Below the pieces are notes generated by a model. The model worked only from the letters and a program-made list of their open reading frames with translations. It was not told the origin of the DNA and made no database searches. Below are positions 28,907 through 38,542 of a DNA stretch of 64,000 nt, one piece after another (position 1 is the stretch's first letter; every line of letters begins with the position of its first letter). A program made the translations under genes and the position numbers. The stretch lies in NCBI GenBank assembly GCA_945865665.1, contig CAMBEE010000001.1, positions 71,874 through 135,873 on the forward strand, read 5' to 3'. The stretch comes from an uncultured Clostridium sp. GTDB lineage: Bacteria; Bacillota; Clostridia; TANB77; CAG-508.

Positions 28907-29281
28907 TTCTTTCAGTTTATATACGTTTAATGATACCCAAAGGTATTCAGCAAGTTTTTCTTTGGCTATATTAGATGGATTACAAATATATTTTATATTA
29001 GTTGTTCCATTTTCATAATACAACAAAGTAAACTCGACTTTATAAATATCTTGCTTTTTATATTCTATTGAAGTAACTTCCTTCTTAATGTCGTTAAATA
29101 CATTTTCTAGAATATCATAAATATCCTTGTACGACATATTTTTGTCCGGAGAAGACCAATCAATATCATATCTATCATTGTTTCTTGAAATATAAACTGA
29201 AATTTGAGCTTTTAACTCATACCGGTTTGAACTGGCGCTTTTATGGAAGTTTTTATTAAACGGTATAATTTTATTCCTCAT
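28892..29281 (-). CDS. Hypothetical protein
   Basis: 129-aa ORF convergent with the recombinase gene. No motif recognised. Confidence 0.35.
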   Translation of the reverse strand: MRNKIIPFNKNFHKSASSNRYELKAQISVYISRNNDRYDIDWSSPDKNMSYKDIYDILENVFNDIKKEVTSIEYKKQDIYKVEFTLLYYENGTTNIKYICNPSNIAKEKLAEYLWVSLNVYKLKEEGVL

Positions 29282-29364
29282 TAAAATACCTCCTTATTGA
29301 TACAAACCTTTTAAGTTGCTATATAGATTATACAATGTTTTAATACATAATTCAACGTTTTCCT

Positions 29365-29658
29365 CTAAAAACTGGGAATTTTTAATTTGTCTCCTTCTTT
29401 TAAGTTTGCACTTGCTAAATTATTTACATTTTTTAATTCATTAACAACATACCTTATATCTTTACCTTCAAAGTATTTATTGTTCTCTAATTCTTCTTGA
29501 GCTATTGACCACAATGTATCTCCAGCACACACATATTCTTCCTTATATTTTGTTTCTACATTTGAATATGCTTTAGTTGCAAAAATTACTATTGAACTTA
29601 TTAAAATTGCTAATATTACATTACTTCTTATAAATTTTGTTTTATTTACTATTCTCAT
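29365..29658 (-). CDS. LysM-domain protein with an N-terminal TM
   Basis: YVCAGDTLWSIAQ...GDKLKIP is a LysM motif. Start at MRIVNK. Confidence 0.6.
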   Translation of the reverse strand: MRIVNKTKFIRSNVILAILISSIVIFATKAYSNVETKYKEEYVCAGDTLWSIAQEELENNKYFEGKDIRYVVNELKNVNNLASANLKEGDKLKIPSF

Positions 29659-29775
29659 TATAATTACCTCCAATTTGCATTAAGAATATTTGTTTGCTTT
29701 GTAAGATAATTATATACGAACACTTATTCTTTGTCAATAGATTTTAGAAAAAATGTTCGTCTTTTTTATTTTATC

Positions 29776-30009
29776 GTTACATTTCAGTAGGAAAAATCCC
29801 TGAAATACCTGTGAATGATATTTTGAATATATTTCGAATGTGACCAAAATAGTGTTACAAATTCTTAAGTAAATGCTCTAAAGGGTCCTGCCTTCGGGTA
29901 TTGTTAGAGTATTTACATTAGAATTTGTTAACATTATGTAGGGAACCTGAGAAAATATGAAAAATATCATTCACAGGTATTTCAGGGATTTTTATTACTG
30001 AACTGTAAC
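29776..30009. mobile_element. 234-bp MITE copy 1, with about 49-bp terminal inverted repeats and an 8-bp target-site duplication ATTTTATC
   Basis: Terminal inverted repeats are gttacatttcagtaggaaaaatccctgaaatacctgtgaatgatatttt and the reverse complement at the right end. The target-site duplication attttatc is at 29768-29775 and 30010-30017. A second copy lies at 35639-35872. Confidence 0.75.
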
Positions 30010-30012
30010 ATT

Positions 30013-30939
30013 TTATCTTTTAAAATTAAATCTATAATAATACGGTTTTATATCATTCAATAGTTCGTCCATATATACCATGTTTCCATAGCTATCTTGA
30101 ACCTTTAAATTTGGAAACGTTTTTAGCATTTTCTTGTCTCCCCAATATTTATAAATAAAATTAGATAATTTTTTATCATTATAAATATCATCATATTTTT
30201 GCATAATTATTTCTTTGTCTGGTACATTTAAATCATAATTATGTACCATTCTTACTAAAAAGAATGATAACGCTATTCCTGTTGCAATACAATCAACAAG
30301 TAGCAATATCGTAACTGTCGTTGCAAGTACCTCCAATGCTTTAACAGAAAGTTTGCTTTTTATACAATTTATTAGTCTGTCTATTCTAGGATTAAATGAT
30401 GCAATTAGATATAATGCTAGAAATCCCCAAAATATTGAAAAATAAACACATATTCTTCCATTTATATTAAGTGGCATGTCTGAATAGTCCCACCATTTTA
30501 CACCTAATAACATCTCACCTATCCAACTAACCAGATATTCAACAATTGAACCAACTATAAAACCTCCAATGAATAGTCGGGTATAGTTTTTTGAATATTT
30601 ATGTAAGAAAATAATCATTATTGCTGCACCTAGTCCATATATCGCACAAAATGGTCCATATAAAAAGCTCTGCCTACTTTCCCATACTCCTTTTGTTATT
30701 ATTCCGAATATTGTTTCTATTATATATCCTACTACACTATATATTATGAAGTATGCCAGTATTCTCCATACTGACAACCCCATAATTGTAAATTTTTTCT
30801 TTTGATTTGTAGTTTTAGTATTTGTTTGCTCCAATTTATTATCTATTTCCGCTTCTTTATTGCTTTTTTTTACTGTATTTTTTATTTCAGCTTCTTTACT
30901 GCCTTTTTCAACTTTATTTTTTATTTCATTTTCTTTCAT
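30013..30939 (-). CDS. Polytopic membrane protein with a repetitive charged N-terminus, hypothetical
   Basis: Five or six TM segments. The N-terminus has a tandem 13-aa repeat KVEKGSKEAEIKN / TVKKSNKEAEIDN encoded by a 39-bp duplication. Confidence 0.55.
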   Translation of the reverse strand: MKENEIKNKVEKGSKEAEIKNTVKKSNKEAEIDNKLEQTNTKTTNQKKKFTIMGLSVWRILAYFIIYSVVGYIIETIFGIITKGVWESRQSFLYGPFCAIYGLGAAIMIIFLHKYSKNYTRLFIGGFIVGSIVEYLVSWIGEMLLGVKWWDYSDMPLNINGRICVYFSIFWGFLALYLIASFNPRIDRLINCIKSKLSVKALEVLATTVTILLLVDCIATGIALSFFLVRMVHNYDLNVPDKEIIMQKYDDIYNDKKLSNFIYKYWGDKKMLKTFPNLKVQDSYGNMVYMDELLNDIKPYYYRFNFKR

Positions 30940-30963
30940 AACTTATTTTCACTCCATTATATT

Positions 30964-32736
30964 TTATAATAAATTTTTTAGTTCTTTTATCTTCTTGTTA
31001 TAAAATTCTATAGCACTCTTATATGTATCTTTACTTTCTAAATCCACATCAACCATTTTAAGTAAATCAATTGATTTTTTAGAACATCCTTGTTTAAGCA
31101 TTTCAATATACTTTTCAACAAAGCCAGGTTCTTTATTTAATATTTTAGATGCAATAGCAATAGCTGAAGAGACACCTGTACAATATTTATACACATAAAA
31201 ATCACTATAAAAATGAGGTATTCTTGCCCATTCATATTTAATTTGTTCATCTATATTAACATCAGGTCCAAAGTATTTTTTATTTAAATTATAATATAAA
31301 TTATTCAAGTCATCAGATGAAAGCATAACATTATTTTCAATTTTATCATGTACATCTTTTTCAAATTCTGCAAACATTGCTTGTCTAAATAAAGTTGCTC
31401 TAATCATTTCTAATAACTCATATAACAATTCTGCTTTTTTCCTATTATCTTTTTCATTTTTGATTTGATAATCACTTAATAAAATTTCATTAACTGTTGA
31501 CGCAACTTCTGCAACCATTATTGTATAATTAGCATTTAATACATTTTGCTCTCTATTTGAATAATATGAATGCATACTATGGCCTAATTCATGTGCTATA
31601 GTACTTACATCTCTTTTACTATTTACAAAATTAGTTAACACATATGGATGTACTCCATATACACCCATACTATATGCTCCTCCTCTTTTATTTGGTTTTG
31701 CATATACATCTATCCATCTATTATCAAAAGCTTCTTCTAATTTGTTTATATACTCTTTACCTAATATTTGTAGTGCATTTAAAACTTCTTGTTTCGCATC
31801 CTCAAATGTTATTTCATCTTTTCCTTGCTCACATGGATTTACATATAAATCATACATATGCATCTCGTCTAATTTAAGCATTTTCTTTTTTAATTTTATG
31901 AATTCGTAATTTACATTCATATCTTCATTAACCGCTTCTATTAGTCTTTCATATACCTTAAGACTTGCATCATCATTATCAACCGCCCTTTCTAAACTTG
32001 AATTATACTTTCTAAGTTTCGCTATAGTTGATTTTGCTTTTACATTTGAAATATACATTTCTGTAATTGTATTTATGAATTCACTATATTTGTTATACAT
32101 TAAATTAAAAGCTTGTTTTCTTACATTTTGGTCCTTGCTCTTTAAGTATAAAGTATATGTGCTATCTGTCATTTCAACTTCTTTACCGCCTTCGTCAATT
32201 AAAGTACCAAATTTAAACTCTGCATTTGTTAATGTATCAAATGTATTTTCTGGAGCAGATACTGTTTCTGAAAAGTTTGCAAGTATATTTTCTTCTTCTT
32301 TACTTAATATATGTTTTTTCTTTTCAAGTATATCATTTATATCTCTTGCATATCCATTGAATCTATCTTCTTTGGTGTATCCTCTTATTGCATTTTCGTC
32401 TGCATATGTTATTTCTGGTGTTATAAATGATGTTGCAACACTAAATTCTGTTCCTAATGTTTCAACTTCTTTAAATATTTTTATTCCTTCTTGGTTTGAC
32501 ATGTCTAAATGATATTTTAACATTCCATAAGCATATACTTTTTCAAATTTTTCTAGTGCTTGTTCATATAGTTTATAACAATTATATAAATTATCTGATG
32601 TATTACATAGTACCCCTTGATATTCTTTTATTTTTTCTAAAATATCTGTTATCTTACTTTTCTCTTTTTTGAATTGTTCTTCGTTTTCGAAGATGTCTTG
32701 TAAGTTCCAGTTGTATTTTTCTTCCATTTTTATCAT
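30964..32736 (-). CDS. pepF: Oligoendopeptidase F (M3B family)
   Basis: Zinc motif IAHELGHSMH. 590 aa, typical PepF length. Confidence 0.9.
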   Translation of the reverse strand: MIKMEEKYNWNLQDIFENEEQFKKEKSKITDILEKIKEYQGVLCNTSDNLYNCYKLYEQALEKFEKVYAYGMLKYHLDMSNQEGIKIFKEVETLGTEFSVATSFITPEITYADENAIRGYTKEDRFNGYARDINDILEKKKHILSKEEENILANFSETVSAPENTFDTLTNAEFKFGTLIDEGGKEVEMTDSTYTLYLKSKDQNVRKQAFNLMYNKYSEFINTITEMYISNVKAKSTIAKLRKYNSSLERAVDNDDASLKVYERLIEAVNEDMNVNYEFIKLKKKMLKLDEMHMYDLYVNPCEQGKDEITFEDAKQEVLNALQILGKEYINKLEEAFDNRWIDVYAKPNKRGGAYSMGVYGVHPYVLTNFVNSKRDVSTIAHELGHSMHSYYSNREQNVLNANYTIMVAEVASTVNEILLSDYQIKNEKDNRKKAELLYELLEMIRATLFRQAMFAEFEKDVHDKIENNVMLSSDDLNNLYYNLNKKYFGPDVNIDEQIKYEWARIPHFYSDFYVYKYCTGVSSAIAIASKILNKEPGFVEKYIEMLKQGCSKKSIDLLKMVDVDLESKDTYKSAIEFYNKKIKELKNLL

Positions 32737-32882
32737 CCTTTCTTTTGCATTTTATGTTTGAATTGTATCACATTATTAATTTGTTTGCTAGATTTATTTT
32801 ATAATTTTTAAATTATCACAACAAAATAAATTCCAATTTCATATAATATATAAATGTCGAATGAAAGGAGGTTTTGTAGATT

Positions 32883-33461
32883 TTGGAATTAGAACATAAA
32901 AAAATAGGATTTGTTTTAACAGGTTCATTCTGTACTTTTAGTAAAACAATTCCGAAAATAAAAGAATTAGTTAAAATGGGTGCTGAAGTAATTCCAATTA
33001 TGTCATATAATGCTTACAACTTAGATACTAAATTTGGAAAAGCCGAAGATTTTATAAATGAAATTGAAGAAATTACAAACAAAAAGATTATTCATACTAT
33101 ACAAGAAGCGGAACCAATTGGTCCTAAACATTTAACAGATATTATGGTAGTTGCTCCTTGTTCTGGTAATACAATGTCTAAACTTGCAAACGATATTATT
33201 GATACCCCTGCTACTATGGCTGTAAAATCTCATTTAAGAAATAATTTACCAGTTGTTATCGCTGCTTCTACTAATAATGCTTTAAGTGGCAATGCTTCTA
33301 ATATTGGTACTTTACTTAATAGAAAAAATTATTATTTCGTTCCTTTTAGACAAGATAATCCTATTACTAAGCCACGTTCTGTTGTTTTTGATTTTGATTA
33401 TCTTATAAAAACTATTGAGTCTGCTTTAGATGGAAAACAGATTCAGCCTATACTACTTTAA
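32883..33461 (+). CDS. Flavoprotein of the dipicolinate-synthase B-subunit (DpaB/SpoVFB, HFCD) family
   Basis: KIGFVLTGSFCTF...VAPCSGNTMSKLANDI is the family signature. No dpaA is adjacent. Confidence 0.55.
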   Translation: MELEHKKIGFVLTGSFCTFSKTIPKIKELVKMGAEVIPIMSYNAYNLDTKFGKAEDFINEIEEITNKKIIHTIQEAEPIGPKHLTDIMVVAPCSGNTMSKLANDIIDTPATMAVKSHLRNNLPVVIAASTNNALSGNASNIGTLLNRKNYYFVPFRQDNPITKPRSVVFDFDYLIKTIESALDGKQIQPILL

Positions 33462-33777
33462 TTAAACTTACATTATTATGAATAATATTTAAAATAGTGT
33501 ATAAAATTTTATTAATATACGGTATTGACAAAATTTTAAAAATTATGTTATACATTATACAGTAGATCAAGACTCCGGAAACCTACGAGGCCCGGGGTTG
33601 TTTTTTACTAAAAAATTCTACAAGGAGAAAAAATGAAAAAAAATTTTAAAAATGGGGTTTCCTAAAAATTATGAAAAATTATTAGAATACATAAGCTAAA
33701 TTAATTTTAAGCTTATGTATTCCGATTTTTGATTTCGACAAAATTTAATAAATTTGTGAGACAAATTCGGACTGTCC

Positions 33778-35496
33778 CTACTGTCCCAAAATCTCTTTTA
33801 ATTCTTCATTCCTTTTAACCTTCTTAGTGGTTGTCTTAATAAGTTCCTTATCAGTCAAAATCATATTCATAATATGTTTATATCTAGGAACAGTAGTATT
33901 AACCTCATTTTTTATTCTATTCCAAATAATATCTCTAATCTCATCAAAAGAAATATCACCATATTTTTGTTTTACTTCATCTTTATTATAAACAACCTTA
34001 ACAGAAAGTTTAACATCATTTTTATCAACTTCGTCAGGCATTCCAAATACCATGCATTCATCTATTAAATCTATTCTATTAACTAGTGTTTCTATTTCCT
34101 CTGGGAAGATTTTTTTACCATTTTTAAGAACTATCATATTCTTTTGTCTACCTGTTATAAAAATAAAGCCATCTTTATCAATATAACCTAAATCTCCAGT
34201 GTAGAACCATCCATCTTTAAGTACTTTATTTGTTTCTTCTTCGTTTTCATAGTAACCAAGCATTACATTTGGTCCTTTTGCACGTAACTCCCCTATACCG
34301 TTATCGTCTTTATTTACAATTTCAACAGTCACATTTTCCATTGGAACTCCTATTGAACCTGTTCTTGATTTATACATATTTTCTGCTGCAATAACTGGTG
34401 ATGTTTCTGTTAAACCATATCCTTGTGCTAAATTTATTCCTAAATCTATAAATCCTTTTTGTATTTTAGGGTCTAATGGTGCTCCACCTGAAATTACAAA
34501 TCTCATTTTTCCGCCTAATTGGTCAATTAACTGTTTGAATAATTTTCTTCTAATATCTATATGGAATTTTAATAAGAAGTTACTAACTCTTATAGCATTT
34601 TTTATAAGTTTTGTTTTTCCCTGTTTATCAATTTCTTTTACCACTTTATTGTAGATTGCTTCTACCAATAGTGGTACGCCAACAAATACAGATACTTCAT
34701 ATTCTTTTAAGTTTTGTGCCACATATCTTAATCCATCTGGGAATGATGTCCTAGCACCACATGCTAACATAACGATTAGACATGTTGAACCAAATATATG
34801 GTGCATTGGTAAAAATGCTAAATTTGAGTCTGTGCTTCTAATGTCTTCAACTCTTTGCATTGCATATACATTTGATGCAATATTTTTTTGTGATAGCATT
34901 ACAGCTTTTGATTTTGATGTTGTTCCAGATGTGAATAACAAAATATTCATTGCATTTTCATCTATTTTTGCTGATATATATTCTTTGTTTCCTTCTTCTA
35001 GTAATTTTTGTCCTTCCTCTTTTAATGTATTTATATCTTTATATCCTGCTAGTTTTGACATACAAATATATTCTTTAACATTTGTATTGTTTCTGTTTTT
35101 TATTTCTTCTATTTTTTCTATGTATTTTTCGTCAAAATATATTGCATCTGCTTTACTTCTCATTAATGAGCTTTCTAGTTCATCTATTTGTAAATCTTTG
35201 TCTAATGGAATTGATACTATTCCGCCTAATAGACTTGTTAAGTGTCCCAGTGCCCATTCATATCTATTTCGTCCCAAAATGGCTATTCTTTTATTTTTAA
35301 ATCCCATACTGTATAATTTAGTACCTAATGCATTTATTTGTTCTAAAAGCATTTTATAAGTTATATTTTCGTATGTTTTGTTTTTTCCTTCTTGGTGTTT
35401 TACTATAAATGCTATATTGTTTGCATATGTTTTGGCTGAGTTGTATATTAGTTCTTTTATGTCCTTAAATTCTTGGACTATTTTTTCTTTTTTCAT
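33778..35496 (-). CDS. Long-chain fatty-acid--CoA ligase (AMP-binding enzyme)
   Basis: AMP-binding motif LLFTSGTTSKSKAVMLSQKN. Also YGLTET and GWFYTGDLGYID. Confidence 0.85.
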   Translation of the reverse strand: MKKEKIVQEFKDIKELIYNSAKTYANNIAFIVKHQEGKNKTYENITYKMLLEQINALGTKLYSMGFKNKRIAILGRNRYEWALGHLTSLLGGIVSIPLDKDLQIDELESSLMRSKADAIYFDEKYIEKIEEIKNRNNTNVKEYICMSKLAGYKDINTLKEEGQKLLEEGNKEYISAKIDENAMNILLFTSGTTSKSKAVMLSQKNIASNVYAMQRVEDIRSTDSNLAFLPMHHIFGSTCLIVMLACGARTSFPDGLRYVAQNLKEYEVSVFVGVPLLVEAIYNKVVKEIDKQGKTKLIKNAIRVSNFLLKFHIDIRRKLFKQLIDQLGGKMRFVISGGAPLDPKIQKGFIDLGINLAQGYGLTETSPVIAAENMYKSRTGSIGVPMENVTVEIVNKDDNGIGELRAKGPNVMLGYYENEEETNKVLKDGWFYTGDLGYIDKDGFIFITGRQKNMIVLKNGKKIFPEEIETLVNRIDLIDECMVFGMPDEVDKNDVKLSVKVVYNKDEVKQKYGDISFDEIRDIIWNRIKNEVNTTVPRYKHIMNMILTDKELIKTTTKKVKRNEELKEILGQ

Positions 35497-35638
35497 TTTT
35501 ATTTTCCTTCCTTAAAATACGAAATCTGTCAAAATTATTTTTAACAGATTAGTCTTGTTAGCAGTTGAATTAAATTACAATTGCTTTTACAATAATACAC
35601 TATTTTTAAAAATTTGTCACTAGTCTTGGTGGTCAGTT

Positions 35639-35872
35639 GTTACAGTTCAGTAAGGAAAATCCCTAAAATACCTGTGAATGATATTTTGAATATATTTCTA
35701 ATGTGACCAAAATAGTGTTACAAATTCTTAAGTAAATACTCTAAAGGGTCCTGCCTTCAGGTATTGTTAGAGTATTTACATTAGAATTTGTTAACGTCAT
35801 GTAGGAAACCTGAGAAAATATGAAAAATATCATTCACAGGTATTTTAGAGATTTTTCCTACTGAACTGTAAC
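35639..35872. mobile_element. 234-bp MITE copy 2, same orientation, with 8-bp target-site duplication GGTCAGTT
   Basis: About 95% identical to copy 1. The target-site duplication ggtcagtt is at 35631-35638 and 35873-35880. Confidence 0.75.
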
Positions 35873-35924
35873 GGTCAGTTATTATTTTAAAATTTCTGCA
35901 TATTCATTAAAGAGGTGAATTTAT

Positions 35925-37424
35925 TTGAGACAAAAAAGTAAACTATTTCTAATAAATGGTGCCATACTAACAAGTACATCACTACTTATGAAATTTGCAG
36001 CACTTATTTTCAATATATACATATCAAATCAAATAGGTTCAGAAGCGGTTGGTGTATTCAGCTTAGTAATGGCTGTATACCTATTTTTCATAACTGTTGC
36101 AACATCTGGATTAAACATTGCTGTAACTGTTATTGTTTCAGAAAAGTTTGCTTTAAATAAAAATAAACAAGCTATAAAGGCAATACGTACTTGTATATTT
36201 TTCAGCTTATTATTAGGAATAACTGCAGGTGGACTAATTTTATTTTTTTCTGATTTTATTACAAATAAATGCTTACACAATATGGTTTCTTCTAAGCCAT
36301 TATTTTATATTGCTATTGGCTTACCTTTTATTGCAATGTCTTCTTGTATCAGTAGTTATTTTACCACTGTACGAAAGGCTTATAAAAATGCAATTACCCA
36401 AGTTTTTGAATTTACAATTAAAATGATTGCAACAATAATATTGCTAAAAATAAATATAGCTAATGGTGTAGAAGCGGTTTGTATTTCGCTTATTTTAGCT
36501 GATGTAATTGCAGAAGTATGTTCTTTTACATTGATTTTTATTTTGTATATTATAGATATAAGACTTAAAAAATTGGAAGATGTCCGTTCATTTGGACAAA
36601 GATTTAATATTTTAAAAATTGCTTTTCCAGTAGCTGTTACATCATATATACGCTCTGGGCTTTCAACTTTAAAACAATTGATAATTCCTACCCAACTTGA
36701 AAAGTCTGGAATTTCTTGTAGCAGAGCTCTTTCACAATATGGTATGATTAATGGAATGGTACTTCCAGTTATAACATTTCCAACTGTTCTTACAGATTCT
36801 TATAGTATGCTTTTAATACCAGAATTTTCAACATATGTAGCACAAAAAAATTATAAAGCAATTAACTATGTTGCAAATAAGATTTTTAAAATTACTTGTG
36901 CATTTTCTATGTGTGTTTGCAGTATATTTTTTATATTTTCAAATGATTTAGGGCTTGCTATTTATAACAATATTGAAACTGGGTACTTTTTTAAGGTATT
37001 TACTCCATTTATATTTTTTATGTACATGGACCATATTATCGACTGTATTTTAAAAGGCTTGAACAAACAGTTTGGTGTTATGTGCTGTAATATTTTAGAT
37101 TTAAGTATTACTACTTGCTTTATTTATTTTTTGCTTCCTGTTTTAGGCATTAAAGGATATGTACTTTCTATCTTTTTTAGTGAAGTATTAAATTTTAGCA
37201 TTAGCCTTTTTCAGTTGTATAAGTATTCTAAAATAATGCCTAATTTAATAGACTGGATTATTGTTCCTTTAATTTGTAGCTTAATTGCTTATTTTATAAC
37301 AAATATTTTCCACTTTAACTTAATTACTCTTACCATTAATTTAATTTTTAATGTATTGTTTTTTGTTTTAATTTATATAATAAGTTTCTTTATAATAAAT
37401 TTACTTAGACAAAAAAATAGCTAG
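35925..37424 (+). CDS. MOP-superfamily flippase (polysaccharide biosynthesis / SpoVB-MurJ-Wzx-like)
   Basis: 14 predicted TM segments. The N-terminus LINGAILTSTSLLMKFAALIFNIYISNQIG is typical of PST-family proteins. Confidence 0.7.
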   Translation: MRQKSKLFLINGAILTSTSLLMKFAALIFNIYISNQIGSEAVGVFSLVMAVYLFFITVATSGLNIAVTVIVSEKFALNKNKQAIKAIRTCIFFSLLLGITAGGLILFFSDFITNKCLHNMVSSKPLFYIAIGLPFIAMSSCISSYFTTVRKAYKNAITQVFEFTIKMIATIILLKINIANGVEAVCISLILADVIAEVCSFTLIFILYIIDIRLKKLEDVRSFGQRFNILKIAFPVAVTSYIRSGLSTLKQLIIPTQLEKSGISCSRALSQYGMINGMVLPVITFPTVLTDSYSMLLIPEFSTYVAQKNYKAINYVANKIFKITCAFSMCVCSIFFIFSNDLGLAIYNNIETGYFFKVFTPFIFFMYMDHIIDCILKGLNKQFGVMCCNILDLSITTCFIYFLLPVLGIKGYVLSIFFSEVLNFSISLFQLYKYSKIMPNLIDWIIVPLICSLIAYFITNIFHFNLITLTINLIFNVLFFVLIYIISFFIINLLRQKNS

Positions 37425-37449
37425 AAATACACTAGCTATTTTTTTAAAT

Positions 37450-38418
37450 CTATTTTAACCACTCAGGATTTGCTAAATACCAATCAATAGTCTTAACAAT
37501 ACCGTCTTCAAACTTAGTCTTTGGATACCAACCAAGTTCATTTTTTATTTTTGTTGGGTCAATTGCATATCTATAATCATGTCCTTTTCTATCCGCAACA
37601 TGTTCAATTAGATCTTCAGATTTACCTAATCTTTGTAAAATCAATTTAACAATTTCAATATTTCTTCTTTCATTGTGTCCACCAATGTTATATCTTTCAC
37701 CAGCAACACCATTATGGAATACTAAATCAATTGCTTCACAATGGTCTTCAACATATAACCAATCTCTAATGTTTAATCCTTCACCATAAACAGGTAATTT
37801 TTCGTCATTTAATGCTAATTTAATCATATGAGGAATTAATTTTTCATTGTGTTGATATGGTCCATAGTTGTTTGAACAGTTTGTTACATTTACATTCATT
37901 TTAAATGTTTCATGATATGCAAATGCAATTAAATCTGAACTTGCTTTTGATGCTGAATATGGACTACTTGGTTTAATTGGAGATTTTTCTGTAAAATATC
38001 CATCTTCTTTAAGTGAACCATAAACTTCATCTGTTGATATATGAACAAATTTATTTGGACTTCCTTCTCCCCATACTTGTTTAGCTGCTTCTAATAAAGT
38101 ATGTGTTCCTATTACATTTGTGTGTGTAAATATAAATGGATTTTTAATGCTGTTATCAACATGTGATTCAGCTGCAAAGTGAATTACACCATTTATATCA
38201 TATTTTTTAAATAAATCTAGTACAAAATCAAAATCACAAATATCTCCTTGTACAAATGTTATTTTGTCCATTACTTTTTTTAAATTATCTAAGTTTCCTG
38301 CATATGTTAATTTGTCTAATACCACTACTTTATAGTCAGGATGTTTATTTACAAAATATTCTGCAAAGTTTGCTCCTATAAATCCTGCTGCACCTGTTAC
38401 TAATACATTTTTACTCAT
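37450..38418 (-). CDS. rfbB: dTDP-glucose 4,6-dehydratase
   Basis: VLVTGAAGFIGANF Rossmann fold. YSASKASSD catalytic motif. ATG start with RBS AGAAAGAGG (the track ORF starts at an upstream TTG). Confidence 0.9.
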   Translation of the reverse strand: MSKNVLVTGAAGFIGANFAEYFVNKHPDYKVVVLDKLTYAGNLDNLKKVMDKITFVQGDICDFDFVLDLFKKYDINGVIHFAAESHVDNSIKNPFIFTHTNVIGTHTLLEAAKQVWGEGSPNKFVHISTDEVYGSLKEDGYFTEKSPIKPSSPYSASKASSDLIAFAYHETFKMNVNVTNCSNNYGPYQHNEKLIPHMIKLALNDEKLPVYGEGLNIRDWLYVEDHCEAIDLVFHNGVAGERYNIGGHNERRNIEIVKLILQRLGKSEDLIEHVADRKGHDYRYAIDPTKIKNELGWYPKTKFEDGIVKTIDWYLANPEWLK

Positions 38419-38446
38419 TTTAAATACCTCTTTCTTTCGAACGAAT

Positions 38447-38541
38447 TTCAACCAATGGGGACGTTCTTAAATTGGTTGAAATTCCTTTAAATTATTTTAT
38501 TTTTTTATTCAACCAATTTAAGAACGTCCCCATTGGTTGAA
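38447..38541. other. Perfect 34-bp inverted repeat (27-nt spacer) filling the rfbC-rfbB intercistronic gap
   Basis: ttcaaccaatggggacgttcttaaattggttgaa at 38447-38480 and its exact reverse complement at 38508-38541. Each arm is itself a 10-bp hairpin (ttcaaccaat/attggttgaa). Confidence 0.6.
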
Positions 38542-38542
38542 T

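Noticed and set aside
32883-33461. Inference of a complete dipicolinate synthase (spoVF) operon
   Set aside because: Only a DpaB-like flavoprotein is present, with no adjacent DpaA. HFCD-family flavoproteins have other roles, so function was left at family level.
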